Counted from the stretch's first letter, positions 39,740 through 54,168 are shown. The stretch: DNA of 64,000 nucleotides from Eledone cirrhosa (GCA_964016885.1 OZ024746.1:11470001-11534000); one strand, 5' to 3'. Notes: generated by a model not told the origin, from the letters alone. Numbers and translations: made by a program.

Positions 39740-41433
39740 GTAGAGAGAGAGGGGGAGAGATCATCATGAACATAATCATTTTACATCCATTTTTCCATGC
39801 TGACATGGGTTGGATGGGTTGTTGTGGTCTTCGATTACATGGGTCCAAAAGCCACGTCTTGATCATACATTTTTGACACAGATTCTGCAGTTGGATGCCC
39901 TTTCCTAACAGAGTGCATTTTATCATGTCACAAACATTAGTGGGTTTGCCTTGAATTTTGTTAGATACAGGGGGCACATATTACTTAATTGTTGTTTCTG
40001 CTTATTTAAGGCATGTAACCAAGATGTGGGGAAGGGGTCACAATAAAAGAGAGAAATGATAGGGGAGGTAAGTGGACTGAGTATCAATGGCTCTCAGAGT
40101 TTATGGAGGAGCCTGTGGCAGTGGAAACTTCCATCTGAAGAATAGTGTCAGGTGTCTAAATTCAGACAGTCCAAAAGATAGCTCCCATTATGCAGGTGAC
40201 ATAGTAAAGTGAGCATGTGTGTGTGTGTGGGCATCAGCAGGGTGGGATAGATCCAATGCCAGTCCCAGTTAAGGGGACAGTATGGTACAGTGAGTGTGGA
40301 ACATAGGAGGGAAAGGTCTGAGAAATAAGAGAGAAGTAATGGGTGAATGAACCAACATAGATATTGTACTACCTAGCTTCCAACATTATCACCATTTTAA
40401 AATTCCTTTATCAGTGCATGCTTAAGGCTCTTCTCCAGCACTGCGGGTCTCCAGTCATTGCAGTCTTTTGTCTATATACATACAAGAACCTACCTCCCAC
40501 CCTTATATTCCTGAAAATCTTGACATATCATGAAATCTATTTTTTTACATTGACTTTCATGTCATAAAATCAGATGTATTCTGACGAGTTTCTTCTTTTT
40601 TTAATTCAACTAGAAGCAAATAATATAATCAGTTTCACTCATGAAAATAATTTTGAAACATACACAGTACAATACACACACACACACACACAAAACAATT
40701 GAAGAGAAATCTGCTCGGGAATAAGAGTCATAATATTTAATAGGGTATCTTCTTAACACATAAGATGGTGACTGCTGTATAGGGGAGGCAGTGAAATGGG
40801 AGTTACTAAGATGTGGGATAATATCTACTATCCTAGAGTTCATTATCAACATTATGTATTTGGGAGATGAAGAACTTATCTAAGTTGTTTGATGTTTATG
40901 GCATTGATGGTTAGCATGAATATGAGCACCAAAACACTGCACTATGGCCGGAAACAGTAAAGACCATTCATGTCTGAGGATTTAACTTATTCGCATGACA
41001 ACTATAAATGTTAAACTTGTCCACAGAAGTCTCTAATTGTAGCTTTTTCAAACCCATCAATGGCCTTTATAAATTGTTTCAAAGTTCTACAAAAATAAGC
41101 CTTGATGTTAGCTATGACATCTGGATCCATTGGACTGGAGCAAAGAAATTGCATTCTTGAGGAAGATTCATTTAATTTCACTGACTTGACGATTGTGGAA
41201 AATGAGTAATGCTTTGTCTGTCACAGTACTTTTCTACCTCAGATCAATGTTAGTAACCAATCTTTAAAAGGCTGAGTCATCCATGTTATTTGAACACTAA
41301 ATCAAAGATAGATTAAATTTAATATAAACAGTAAAACTGTTTTCCTACTATATCAAGCGTTAAACTAATATATATTGTACTGTATTGTTCTTCTGTGCTG
41401 CTTTTCCTTGTTGACCATTTGCATAAATATATA

Positions 41434-42010
41434 TCATCATCATCATTTTAACGTCTGCTTTCCCTGCTAGCAAAGGTTGCACAGATCTATATAGACCAAG
41501 TCCATACTGAAGCGGAGCCACTGATCTCCCAAGCAAGCCAAGGATCTATGTCTTGCTCATGTACAGTCTCACGTTCCATTGAGTGCTCAGGAGAGGTTTT
41601 CATGTCTGTGACACAATTTAGGGTCCTCCTAACTCTTTGTTTGGCAAGATTTCTACAGCTGGATGCCCTTCATATCACCAATCCCTTTACAGTGTGTACT
41701 GGGTGTGTTTATCATGTAAATCACCAACACTAGGGAAGTTGTCATGCACTTGACATGACTGAAGGGTCCTCATGACTCTTTGTCTGGTTGCTTGGCAAGC
41801 TCTCCATGGCTCGAAGCTCTTCCTATCACCAGCAAATTCATGAGGGGGGGGGGAAGTAGTGAGTTGAGAATAACTGTTAGGGAGTGGTAGAAGAAGGGGA
41901 TGTCACGTCACATCAAAAGCTACAGGTCAGCTTTCTTCAGCACTGTGTAGCACCATCCTTCGCGGTCTTTAGTCATTTCTGTTGTATGGTTTAGCTTACT
42001 AACGTCAGTC
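41434..42010 (-). mobile_element. Older RTE 3' fragment
   Basis: (CAT)n start and ttctacagctggatgccctt motif shared with the other RTE tails. Confidence 0.55.
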
Positions 42011-42016
42011 CTTATA

Positions 42017-42399
42017 TATCATCATCATCATTTTACATCCGCTTTTCCCTGCTTGCAAGGGTGGGATGGGTCTTATTCAGCACAGCATCTCTCCACTCGT
42101 CACGGTCCTTCGTCATCTCCACCGTGAGCTTCAATGATCTGAGGTCTGTTCTCACCACCTCCGCCCATGTTTTTCGTGGTCTACCTCTACCACGTCTTCC
42201 TTCAACTGGCATTTCCTGGTACTTCTTCACCCATCGGTCATCCTCCATGCGCATCACATGTCCATACCACCTCAGTCTCCTCTCCCGTACACTACATTCT
42301 ATCCCTCTCAGACACAGTTTCTCTCTCAACACATTTATGCTGGGTCGTTCACGCACATTTACACTGCACATCCAACGGAGCATGCTTGCCTCATTTCTC
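42017..42399 (-). mobile_element. RTE LINE 3' fragment with short tail
   Basis: ORF MLRWMCSVNVRERPS...RRLRWYGHVMRMEDD...RGRPRKTW. Confidence 0.88.
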
Positions 42400-44035
42400 T
42401 GTTATATATATATATATATATATAACATGTATATAAACACACGCACACATTTTTATACACATATATGAACACACATTTATATAAATATATAGAGAAAGAG
42501 AGAGAGATACATATATAGCCCCAGGTAAAGTGGCTGTTGAACGAACTGAGTCAAAAGTAGGGTAGAGTGAACCCTTTTGTCTTCTCAATGATGTAACAAC
42601 CTCTCTAATGCTGCTACTCAGATACAATGCACCCTACACACTGATAAGTGGTTGACAAATGAATGGAATTTATAAAATCATTTTGATGTAGTTAGACTTA
42701 CACCGATCATGGAGGTCTAAAATACACATTAAAACCTGTAAATGTGGCATTTATACATTTATTTGATCAGCCTAATTTATATGACACAAGCAAATTAGAT
42801 AAGTAATGAATATTTATGCTATAACATGGCATATATTTGAAAATCTAGTGTAAAAATAGATATAACTACCAAACACTTTCATCTATTCCTCTGTACACAG
42901 AAAATCATAAACGACTATTTTTATGCTTGCATTTCAAAGATTCTTGTCCCCTCATCATCATTTCAACATCCATTTTCCATGCTAGATCAGAGAATAACCA
43001 CCCCTACAATTCCGTGTACAATTATATCAACAGACTTGTGTACATTATACAAGATATTTTCTATGGCATTACTACAGCAATATTCTCTGATGAGGAGACA
43101 AAAATTTCTGAAATACAGACATGAGAATATCTTGTTTTTCTGTGTATGGAAAAATAGTTGAAAATGTTTAAACTCTACAGTTTCTTTTTTTCACAGCTGA
43201 GGCTTTTAATTTAAAAAAAAATGATAGCTATAACCTACTTTAAGTTTACCTTAAATCTTCACATATATGCGTTCAAGCATAAATATTGCACACACATATA
43301 TATATATACACATATAATTATAAATATATATATTCTTCATCATCATCATCATCATGTTCGTTTTCCATGCTATCAAATCAAGTGTTGGATGGGTTGTCAC
43401 AGACCAAGTCAGTGCTTAATCGCAACTACTGCCCTGGCAGTTGAGCTGGGTGGGTGGGGGTGGGGTGCATCATACATTCCTGCACTTAATGAAGTGTACT
43501 GGGTGCATATTATCATGGTACTGGACCTAGAGAGTTTGTCGTACTCTTGTCATAACTGAAGAGCCTTCTCATCCCTTACTTTGGCAAATTTTCTACGACT
43601 GGAAGTCCTTCATAATAACAATTACTTTACAGAATATACTGGGGGCATTTTATCATGGGACTAGCACTGGGGAGGTTGTCAGTCATTGACTCTGTTAAAT
43701 AGCCTTCTCTACCTTATGGAGCAGCAGAGAAAGATGGAAAGAACAAAACTGAGAATGGTTTGGTGGATGAGCAGTGTATTTCTCAGGGAGTGGAAGATAA
43801 ACAATGGGAATAGAACCAGGGATGAATGTTGAGAAAAGAAACAGGATGATATGACTGTATTATGTTTAGGAAGAGTGTGAAGAATGATGGCAATGAATGT
43901 GGAAAGAATTATAAGTAAGGAAAGACCAAAAAAGACATAACTACAGATGATGGATGAGAAAATGAAAGCCAGTTGGTGAAGGGAAGGGATGCAGCCAATA
44001 GAAGCTAACTCTTTAAAATGCTTGTTATATAGAGG

Positions 44036-44076
<41 letters not shown>

Positions 44077-45015
44077 TATATATATATATATACATACATA
44101 TATTGTATAACTGACAAAGCAATTATATATATATATATATATATATATTCATACATAGAAATATGCACACATACATATTTATACTAACAAAAGAAAAAAC
44201 AGCAAGATAGGATAAGTTAAAGATATTAGTATAATGTTCAGGAGAAAATAGAGTGAAAATGAGGGGATGAACAGAAAGATGGGGAGAAAATATTCCCTTC
44301 ATTCCATTCTTACTCTATTAACCAAAGGACTAGATGTTAATAACTTTTCACTTGTGTGTGCCAACCTAATAACTTTCATTTTTATCCTCTGTTGCTTTGT
44401 TTTTTGGGGGATTATATTTTTCCATTTCATATTTAAGGCATGCTCTTCGCTGAGGAGATCTAATAAGATCAAAATATATCCAGTGCCTTCACCAAGCTGG
44501 TCCCACCCATTGTACTGTCTTAAATTGTTCCAAAAGACTTGAACCAGCTCAGACTATACAAATTTTCTCCCTTACTTGCTTCTTATTACCAAAATGATGT
44601 TCAGTCTTGAAATTGTGAGGATAGTCTCAGTTGATTGAAGTCTTTTTTTTATATCTGCCATAATATTCAGATTGTGACACATACATAAAGTTCACCCGTG
44701 CCAACATGGAAAGGAGATGTATGATGATGATGATTTATTTATTTTCAAAACTGCAACTAATAAAACTGAATATCATTATTACTTCTGGGTTAAGCAATTC
44801 ATTATAAATCCTTTTTTTAGAAATTCATAAATCAACACAGTATTTGTGTATTTCTTTCTATCCTGTTAACAATGTAATAATGTTGATAAAAAACAATATT
44901 ATTCCGCTAAAAATATACCAGAACATTGTAGAATGCAGTGGGTGTCCTCACAGATTTCTTACTTTCGGCAAAAAGAAAATCCTTATCTTTTTAACAACTA
45001 CAGTTAGTATTTTAA

Positions 45016-45223
45016 CCCTTTTGCATTTACATTACTCTATATTTACAATTGTATTTTCACAGTAAACACTTCATCTTGCATAATATTGAATTTACGAGAT
45101 TTTGATATTATTTATTTTGAGAACAATACTTTAACATAAGTATGAGCAGCCAGTTATGGCTGGTTTGAACAGAAAGAGGTGAGAGAATTCTGGCCAGATA
45201 CAGCTGGTTTAAATGCTAAAGGG
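45016..45223. mobile_element. piggyBac-like MITE
   Basis: TTAA on both sides. TIR CCCTTTTGCATTTA / TAAATGCTAAAGGG (13/14 match). Confidence 0.75.
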
Positions 45224-48200
45224 TTAAATTCAATTTCTTTATACATCAGATGTAGTTTTGTTGTGAAAAATCCGTTATAACAGAGACTATGAACAATTAT
45301 CAGAGAGGTGTAAAATTTGCATTTGTTATCAATACAAATTAGCAACAACAATTATTCTTTTCTTTACATTCCTGGTGAGTTGAATTATCAACTGAATTGA
45401 AATTCAGCTCACAACTGAGGCAGTTACAGGTTGTGTGTTGCAAAAGAATGCTCAAATATAAGGGTCATTCTTCAAATTAAAATAGTTTTCTAATAATAAA
45501 TGACAACACAATATTAATATTGCAATAAAATACAACATAAATGAGATGCACCTTAAATTAAGCTGCTGTGCATATAACTATAGCCACAGGATTATTGGTA
45601 CCTGGATTGGTGCATTGCCAGTTAGAAGCACTAGTAGCTTCTCAGGAGAACACTACAGACTTTGTTCCTCTAGAATGTATCAAAGATGTTTACAGGTGAA
45701 AGCACCTTAACACCTTTGGTTTTTAGATTTGAAGGCAGAACAAGTAACTACAAAGTAGTGACTTTTTGGGGTGAAGAATAGAGGAGAAATATATCCATGC
45801 TTAAATTTTGTATTATTTTTCTCTGGGCTTTTTACCTCCTCATCCATATCTATGAAATATTGGACATCAAGTCATAGAAACCATGCCAAAAAAGGCATGT
45901 CAAGAACACATCTTCCCTAGTGCTGGTGCCACCATAACATGCACCCATACAGTCAGTAAAGTTGTTGGCATTAGAAACCATATAAAAAAAAGGCGTGTAT
46001 TGAAGAAAATATGATTCCTTCACCCATCTAGGATGACATTAACTCTGATTAAATACTGACTTAGTTTGTAACAAACAACTCATCCAACCTACACCAGCAT
46101 GGAAAAGTAGATGTAAAACTGTGATGATAATGATTATAATTACTAACTGGTTCTTTTACTTCCTATTTGATACATAATCAATTCTATCTTTAAGAAATTA
46201 ATGATATAAGTATCTGATAAAAAATATAATTTTTCTTCTTTTCTTTGAAACTAAATTGTACATGCTAAAACATTGTAAAAATTTATCAAACTAAGTCACA
46301 CACTTTGTTTCAATTAACCTTCCAATTTTTAACCTCTGAACACCAATTCTTCACAAAAAGATTTTCTTCTTTAAAGCAATATACAAGTACTCATTCACAA
46401 TGCATTTTCCCCTATGAAATGAAGGAGGGACTAATTTTAATATATAATTGGGCATAACTATTTTTCTGTTCTTCGACTGTCAAAAAAATAATAAGCATTT
46501 AAAAACTAACGACATAATTTTTTTTTTCCATTAAGTAGTAATTTTTATAAAATTTGAATGAGTTTGATTTACAACAAAAATGAATTTTATATTAAATATC
46601 ACAAATTGTCCAGCATGAATAACATTTCAAAAGGTACTAATTATGAATCAAGTAAGGGAACAGGATGAAATGTTGGAGAAAGGGGGATTAGTCCCTCTTC
46701 CATATTCACTCAACACTTTCTTTTCATAGAAAAGGGAGTAAGTAGGACATTATGAGAAAGACAATTGGGTACAGTCAGGTAAATAAACAACAAAAACAAC
46801 ACTTATGAAAAATCAATTTACTGTTACTTGCAAACATCACTAAATATCCTCAGGAGAGATCTTTCAAGAATATATAAAAAAAAAAAAAGAGAAAACTCTT
46901 TATATAAGAATCTTATTTGTATATTACAATTTATACATTTTTCAGACCTATGTATTTTTTCATTATTATTATTTTTTTTTTTTATTTGGTTTGGTATTTC
47001 AAGAAATATGAACTCATTCATTCATCCATCCGTTTATCACCAAAATACAGCAAATATAAAAGTTTGCTGTAACATACTGCCAGAATCAGCACAAGGCTAT
47101 CTGATGAAATGTGTAATGTATTCAAAATTTGACACATGAAAATAATAGTTCATTGTTGAAAATGACTTGAGCATTTTTGTAAAAAGGTGCCAATTAAATG
47201 AGTGGCAAGAACCTTAGGATGAAGAAGGAATGGTGGAAGTAACAGGTTTTGTCATATCTGAAGAGTGCTTTTTTTTTTTTTAATCCATTTTTTTTTTTCC
47301 TTTCATTTTGTGTTTTTATTTTTGTATCAAGCAACAACAGCCACACACCATGTCTGCAGCTCATTGGATTTCTCATCCAGAGTTATCTTCCCCTCAGTCA
47401 GTAAATTGTTTCAATTTGTGTCCTCAAGTCCCAGATAAGGGAACATCGTTGTTTATATTTGGAATTACCTGGAAACAATGTATGTTTATATGTCTGTTGG
47501 TGTATGTTGAGGTGTATATGTCGGCATATATATATATCTATATATATATATTATGGGGATACATAGAAGTAGTAGTGGATTAGTGTAAAATCAGGGAGAT
47601 AATATAACAACACCAATGCCAATAATAAACTCTGAAATGACTGGGCGGCCATATCCAGATGGATTTCCACAAAACCAAATTTAAGAAATAAACTCTTACA
47701 AATCATTGCACAGCTGCCAACATTTGACTATCGTTGAATTTCAGAGCAAATTTACAGACAATATTGGTGAGTGACCATAAGAGAAAAAAATGTTTTTTAA
47801 ATTAAAAAAAAAAGAAAAAAAAAAACAGGGGGAGAAAAAAGCCAAAAGAGATAAATAATGCTATTAATATTTAATAGGATATTAAACAATACCTGTAACA
47901 CCACCAAATCTTTGTCTTTTTAATATTTTAATGATTTTTTTTGTTTTTTTTTTTTGGTTTTTAGTTTTTGCTTTCTCATGGAATGGGGTAATAAATAAGG
48001 AAACATTCTGAAAAGTCATGTTGCTTGCCACATGTTTACTATGTGATGAGAAATATCAAAATAACATGTTTAGCTGTCTTGTATTTCTTTGGAGTAAATA
48101 TTAAATGGCTGACATTTTGTTAATTGTTGTTATCGTTTATATTGTTCTTTTTTATTTTCTATATTTTTTAAATTAATTTGAATGTTACGCATGATGGAAT

Positions 48201-48249
48201 TTCACTGGGTTTATTACACTAAAGGAAAATTTTGTTAGATAGATATGTA

Positions 48250-49523
48250 CGGTGTCTTGCAGAGAAATTGACACAATTTTTATGTTGCATTAAACTAGTT
48301 ATGAATACTAAAATAATGGTAGTAGACAGATATAATTTTAATGTAACATTCATTACAACAAAAACATTTATCACTCAATATGGCCACCTTTTTGGGCAAT
48401 TACTGCCTTCACCTGAGAACAACATTTTTTTGCAGCAACCGTAACCTCCGTTTTTTTTTTTTTTGTATGTCTCACCCACGATGCAGTCAAACTGTTGACA
48501 CTCGAGTTTGCTGAAGCACTGGTCCTGGCTTGAAGTACACCCCATAAAAAGCAACAGTTTATTGTGTGTATAAACAATTTAAAGAAGAGGGAAAGATTGA
48601 TAGGAAAAAACACAAGACTCGAAGTGATTCCAAGCGCAATCCAAAGTTTCTCGCTGGCCTCAAACGCTCGATTGAAGCCAACCCATCCACATCAACTCTT
48701 GCAAAGAAACGCAATGTGTCCATTTCCACGGTGTCCAGAGCTGTGAACAGGAACTCTGAGTAGCTATGTTTGATGACGCCATCACCTCCTAACAGCCAAC
48801 ACCAAAGTAATCAGAGCCAAGAGATGCCCAAAGCTTCTGTCATTCACCAAACATCAAGGTGCAGGATAAACTCGTGTTTGTGGATGAGAAGTTCACTGTG
48901 TATGCTGAGGTGAATCGCAGAAATTCTCAAGTAATCACTTGAGAATCATACAACCCTTCTGATGCCCCCCTTGTGTTTGAGACTAAGAATCCTGCCTCTG
49001 TGATGGAAGTGTCATGGATCCACACTTCATTGAGTCTGGCTTGAAGATCAACACAAAGGAGAATCTGGACATCCTGAAGAACTCACTGTTACCTTGGATG
49101 GAGCAGAAGTTAAGGCTTGACAATGTGATGCTTATCCAGGATTCTGCCATGGGTCAAAAGCAACACAAGCCTTCCTTGGTGAGAAGGTGCCATTTTTTGT
49201 GAGGGCCAATTTCCGACCCAGTAATAGCCCAGATCCCAACCTTCTCGATTACTTTTTATGGGGTGTACTTCAAGCAAGGACCAATGGTTCACCACACTTG
49301 AGTGTCAACAGTTTGACTGCATTGTGGGTGTGACATGCAAAATTTAAAAAAAACGAGATTGCGGCAGCTGCAAAAAAATTGTTGTCGTCGTGTGGAGGCA
49401 AGTAATTGCCCAAAAAGGTGGCCATATTGAATGATGTTTTTGTTGTAATGAATGTTACATTAAAATTATATCTGTCTACTACCATTATTTTAGTATTTAT
49501 AACTAGTTTTATGCAACACACTG
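48250..49523 (+). mobile_element. Tc1/mariner (maT/DD37D-like) element with ~230-260-bp TIRs and a pseudogenized transposase
   Basis: TA flanks at 48248-48249 and 49524-49525. TIRs 48250-48507 / 49296-49523. Remnant motifs: HTH region (KRNVSISTVSRAV), VFVDEK.FTV, KNPASVM, LIQDSA, SNSPDPNLLDYFLWG. Confidence 0.88.
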
Positions 49524-49812
49524 TACACATATCTATATATGTATACATGCACATTCTATTTACTTTATATCACAATTGAACAATAGCGTTGTTTGTTTTA
49601 GTTTTTCAATAAGCCAATCACTGGTTTCACTGCATTTCTGATGGCGAGAGTAATAGGGAAGTATCTGATACTCAGTGCAGAACAAAAATAAAAGAGAATG
49701 GGTTTGAAAAGCACCGATATTTATATATTTCGCCAATGCACACACACACAATCACACATATATCCTCATCATCAATATCATTATTTTTACGCCCATTTTT
49801 CCACACTTGCAC

Positions 49813-49862
<50 letters not shown>

Positions 49863-50276
49863 CACACAGAAACACGACAGATTTGTGCAGTTTCTAGCTA
49901 CCAAAATTCATTCAAAAGGTAGAGAGGCCAACCCAAAGCTATGATAGAAGCCACTTGTCTGAAATGCCATGCAGTAGGATTGAACCTGGAAACATTTGGT
50001 TGTATGTAAGTGAACTTCTCGACCACACAGTCACGCCTGCAACTATATAAACACATACATAACTCCACGCACACAAAGTTTTAAGATGAGTTTGTTCATG
50101 GGAACAATGACATTCACAAACTAAATAAGAGTAATCGGTACTTCAGGAAGAAGATTTAAATATTCTAATTTATTTAAACAAAAGTTTACAGGGTTATAAA
50201 TCTGTTTTGATCATAGGAATAACAATGACCAAAACAGACTTAAAAACATATAATCGTTTGTTTAAATTATTATATA

Positions 50277-50341
<65 letters not shown>

Positions 50342-51385
50342 TAATTATATATATTAATGATATAAAGATATATATTCAGCAGGGTTAATTTGCATCAGAG
50401 TGGTATCTGGCACCAGAGGATATTGAAATTGGTACGAGGCACTTAGAGTTGGATTAACTTACCAGAGCTCATACCACGGTCTGAGTATAGCTAGCATATG
50501 GTCCGCTGAGGTATTGGAGGTATTGACAATTAAACAATAATTGTTGTTGTTCTTTTAGGGGCGGCGGAGGTGGTGGTGGTAATAATTCTGATTCAAAGAT
50601 AGACTGAGCAAATGTGTAGCGACTCAGATGCCATTTTCCTCATTTTTGAACCATCTTGGAGAAGAATAGTAAAGTTATGTACAAACCACAAGTTAAAAAA
50701 ATTGGTTGGGATTCATTATGGATATATATTTTTTTTCTGTTTTTTTTTTTTTCAGGAATGGCACGGTTAATGAGTGGCAAGATACACTGTTATGGAGTTG
50801 AATGGCGACTGAGTTTACTAATTGCAGGCACTGTTGCATGACAAGTCTTCTATTTTCTGCCTGGCCTCTGGCTCTATCTCCATCCTAAGGAGTCCGTCCC
50901 AATTTTAATGGGAATAAACAGTTGTTTGTATTTGTAAAAATCTAATTTAATTTTCAGTTTAAAACTAAAGAAGAAACTAGTAAATAAAACCCAGTAAAAT
51001 TTAATACCAATCATGAACTGCTGATCATTTGACTAAATTAAAATTAATTTATACCAATCAGTCTATAATAGATTAAACATTATTATTACTTAACACAAGT
51101 AGCTTCATCATAAGTACCATAGTTAGGTGAGAGACTTAATGTCAGAACCATTGATTCTGTTGAATAGTTTTGATTATATTCCAGTCTCACTTTAGATATT
51201 GGCACTAGATATGTCGGCAAAGATTAAACCCAGAGCTGCTGCTAAGGCTTCAAATTCCTCTCACTGCTACTGGAGCTCAACTTATCTTTTCCTCAACAAA
51301 ACTTAGAAGCCAAAACCACACTAAAGATTAATGTTTCCGATTAATTATGTGTATGAGCAGTTATCAAATATTTAGTGATCATTGT

Positions 51386-51416
<31 letters not shown>

Positions 51417-51470
51417 GTGTGTGTGTGTGTGGGTGTGTGTATACATATATATATATATATATACATACAT

Positions 51471-51515
<45 letters not shown>

Positions 51516-51726
51516 TACATATACACATATATACACATACATATATGTGGCATAAAATCTGACCACTCAAGACAAGGGAGACAATAAAAAACAAATATAA
51601 TAATAATTATAGTTGTGAAGGAATGTTTTCTTAGTCAATCAGAGGAAACTAGTTATACATGGGAAGTAAGACAACAGGAACAGACATCCTAACTCTATCG
51701 CATAACACATATGCTTGTATGTGCAC

Positions 51727-51775
<49 letters not shown>

Positions 51776-53192
51776 CATACACTCACACACACATGCATAC
51801 ACACAAACATATACATACACATTTGTCTAGTGCAGACAAGTGAGTTTTCATTATGTATGTGCATATATACTCTATATTAGAACACAATAATTATCTTTTG
51901 AATAAACTAAGTTACATTACGTCTTAACTGGATAAAGAGAAGAGGGATAGATAGAGAGAGAAAGAGAAATAGAGAGATAGAGAGAAAGAAAGGCACTGTT
52001 GATTAATGGGTTTCCAATACTAAACTTCAACACCTTTTGATTATTGATCATCATATTGAACAGTAATGAGCAAGACATTTGACACAAAAGCAAATGGAAG
52101 GAGTCCAGCCACATTTATTTGGATGGATGGAAATTTATATTATTATATACAGGAATTATACACATGCACACAACCATTCAGTGACACACACTCATATACA
52201 GATGCAAGCATACATATATACATACATACATACAAGCATGTATACAAACATACATACACACATAATTTTCTGGCTTTAGTTATCCAGTTAAAATAATGGG
52301 AGAGTTGCTGGAATTGTTCAGAGGTACTGATGTCAAACATGCTCCTAATGGAAAACCTTGATATTGTTCTAGATTATTCATTTGGTTATAAATATTTAAC
52401 TACAATTCATGAAAACTTAAATGAAAAACATTACATTATCTTTGAGCCATCTAAAAGAGGTATTCATTATGCATGTAATGGATTAAAACAGTGTAGAATT
52501 AGGCAATCCTGTGCAATGGTTCTTTAATTAAATACTACATTATTAAAATACTAGTAACAAGCAAGAGAACCAAAGTGTATTTAGTTGTTGAAAAATCTGT
52601 TAAAAATTTGACATAAATGATGTTACTGAAGCGAAATCCATTATATAAATTATAAATATGCCTAGTTTCCAGTTGTAAATGTAAGAAGAAACCAGAAATA
52701 TGACAGTAGAGTCTTTGATTTTTACTTCAATGAATGTAATTGGAAGAAAAATAAAAATTACACAAATTCCTAGATAAAAAATATTCACAAACAGTGAACT
52801 GCATGTTTGTATTGCCAAATTTGAAACATTTTGCAAATTATATTTCAATCAAAATTTTACAGAATTATGGACAATTATTTATTGTTTGATTACTCACAGG
52901 TAAATGTTATTGATTAATAAATTTAATGACTTTCTTATTTTTCTGTCATGACTATGAAGAAGAAATTAGTGGTTGGTTCGATTATATTAAATACATTTCT
53001 ATATTGTAAATGTTTTTGGTGAAAGTTAAGATTTAATATACTAACTAGAACTTACTCAGTAAAAATCAGAATGTACTTTGATTTCATGTAATTAAAAAAA
53101 TTTATGATGATGATATTAATGATGATGCTAATGATAGTTATTGTGATGATGAAGATGTATAATTGATAAATACTGTCTCTATATACATATAC

Positions 53193-53254
<62 letters not shown>

Positions 53255-53726
53255 TATTATATAAATATAATATAGACATTTCATATAAATATAATATTTA
53301 TATACTATAATATATATATAAATAATTATCATGCTTTTTAATTGCATATTTGGACATAAATGAATTTAAAATTAAATGAAATAACATTAAATTAAAGCAA
53401 AATTTGACATTATTGAGAGAGAAAGAGAGAATGAAAGAGAGTAAGGGGAGAAAGAGAGATCTATAAATGTGATGAGAATGGACTGTTTTACCAGTAAACC
53501 AGAAATTTATCATCAGATGGAATTATTACTTGAAAATCAATATTCCTTGAAACCGTAAAAATTAGATAGTATATATAGATACACATATAAATCTACACAT
53601 GCATATATACATACCTTTGTGCAAGTGTATGTGTGTGTATATATATATATAGTTAGTAGAAAATAAATGTTAATTTGATATATATCTTTGGCTAATATTT
53701 CTGTTTATATATATAGTCATTTATTA

Positions 53727-53828
53727 TGGTTAAGTAGTGAGTGTTGTTACTCCCAGGATCATCAAACAATGATGATCCTGTGAGTGTGCAGGTGATACTC
53801 GAGAGTAACAACACTCACTACTTAGCCG
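53727..53828. repeat. Branched inverted repeat (three-way junction)
   Basis: Outer stem TAAGTAGTGAGTGTTGTTACTC/GAGTAACAACACTCACTACTTA enclosing AGGATCATCA/TGATGATCCT and GAGTGT/ATACTC hairpins. Confidence 0.85.
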
Positions 53829-53912
53829 TAACAAATAAATATTTAAACTCTATTTCGATATTGAGTACTCTTTTCTCTCATCCGTCAACTACACACACAC
53901 ATATATATATAG

Positions 53913-54168
53913 TAGTATAAACAAAGTTTTATACACTTAACATGTATATAGTAGCATTGGTTTCGGGGTCCAGTTATGACCACCACTGAATATTCGAGGA
54001 GACACTTTTAAACTGGCCCATCTTTGGGCATGTAGAGAGATATATCTGAAGACGGGCCTGTTTAAAAGTGCTTCCTTCAATATACAGTGGTGGCCATAAT
54101 TGGACCCTGAAACCAATGGTAGCACATATAGCACATACATGTTAAGTGCATGAAACTTTGTTTATACT
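53913..54168. repeat. ~255-bp imperfect palindrome made of two inverted hammerhead-like (Penelope pLTR-like) units
   Basis: The arm TAGTATAAACAAAGTTT...CATTGGTTTC(G/A)GGGTCCA..TATG.CCACCACTG...CACTTTTAAAC.GGCCC appears in both orientations. The plus arm contains CTGAAGA...GAAA-CCAATGG-TA. Confidence 0.75.

Noticed and set aside
43081-43130. Active hammerhead ribozyme
   Set aside because: Core boxes and stems I/II are present, but stem III is broken and the cleavage position is G; kept only as a relic.
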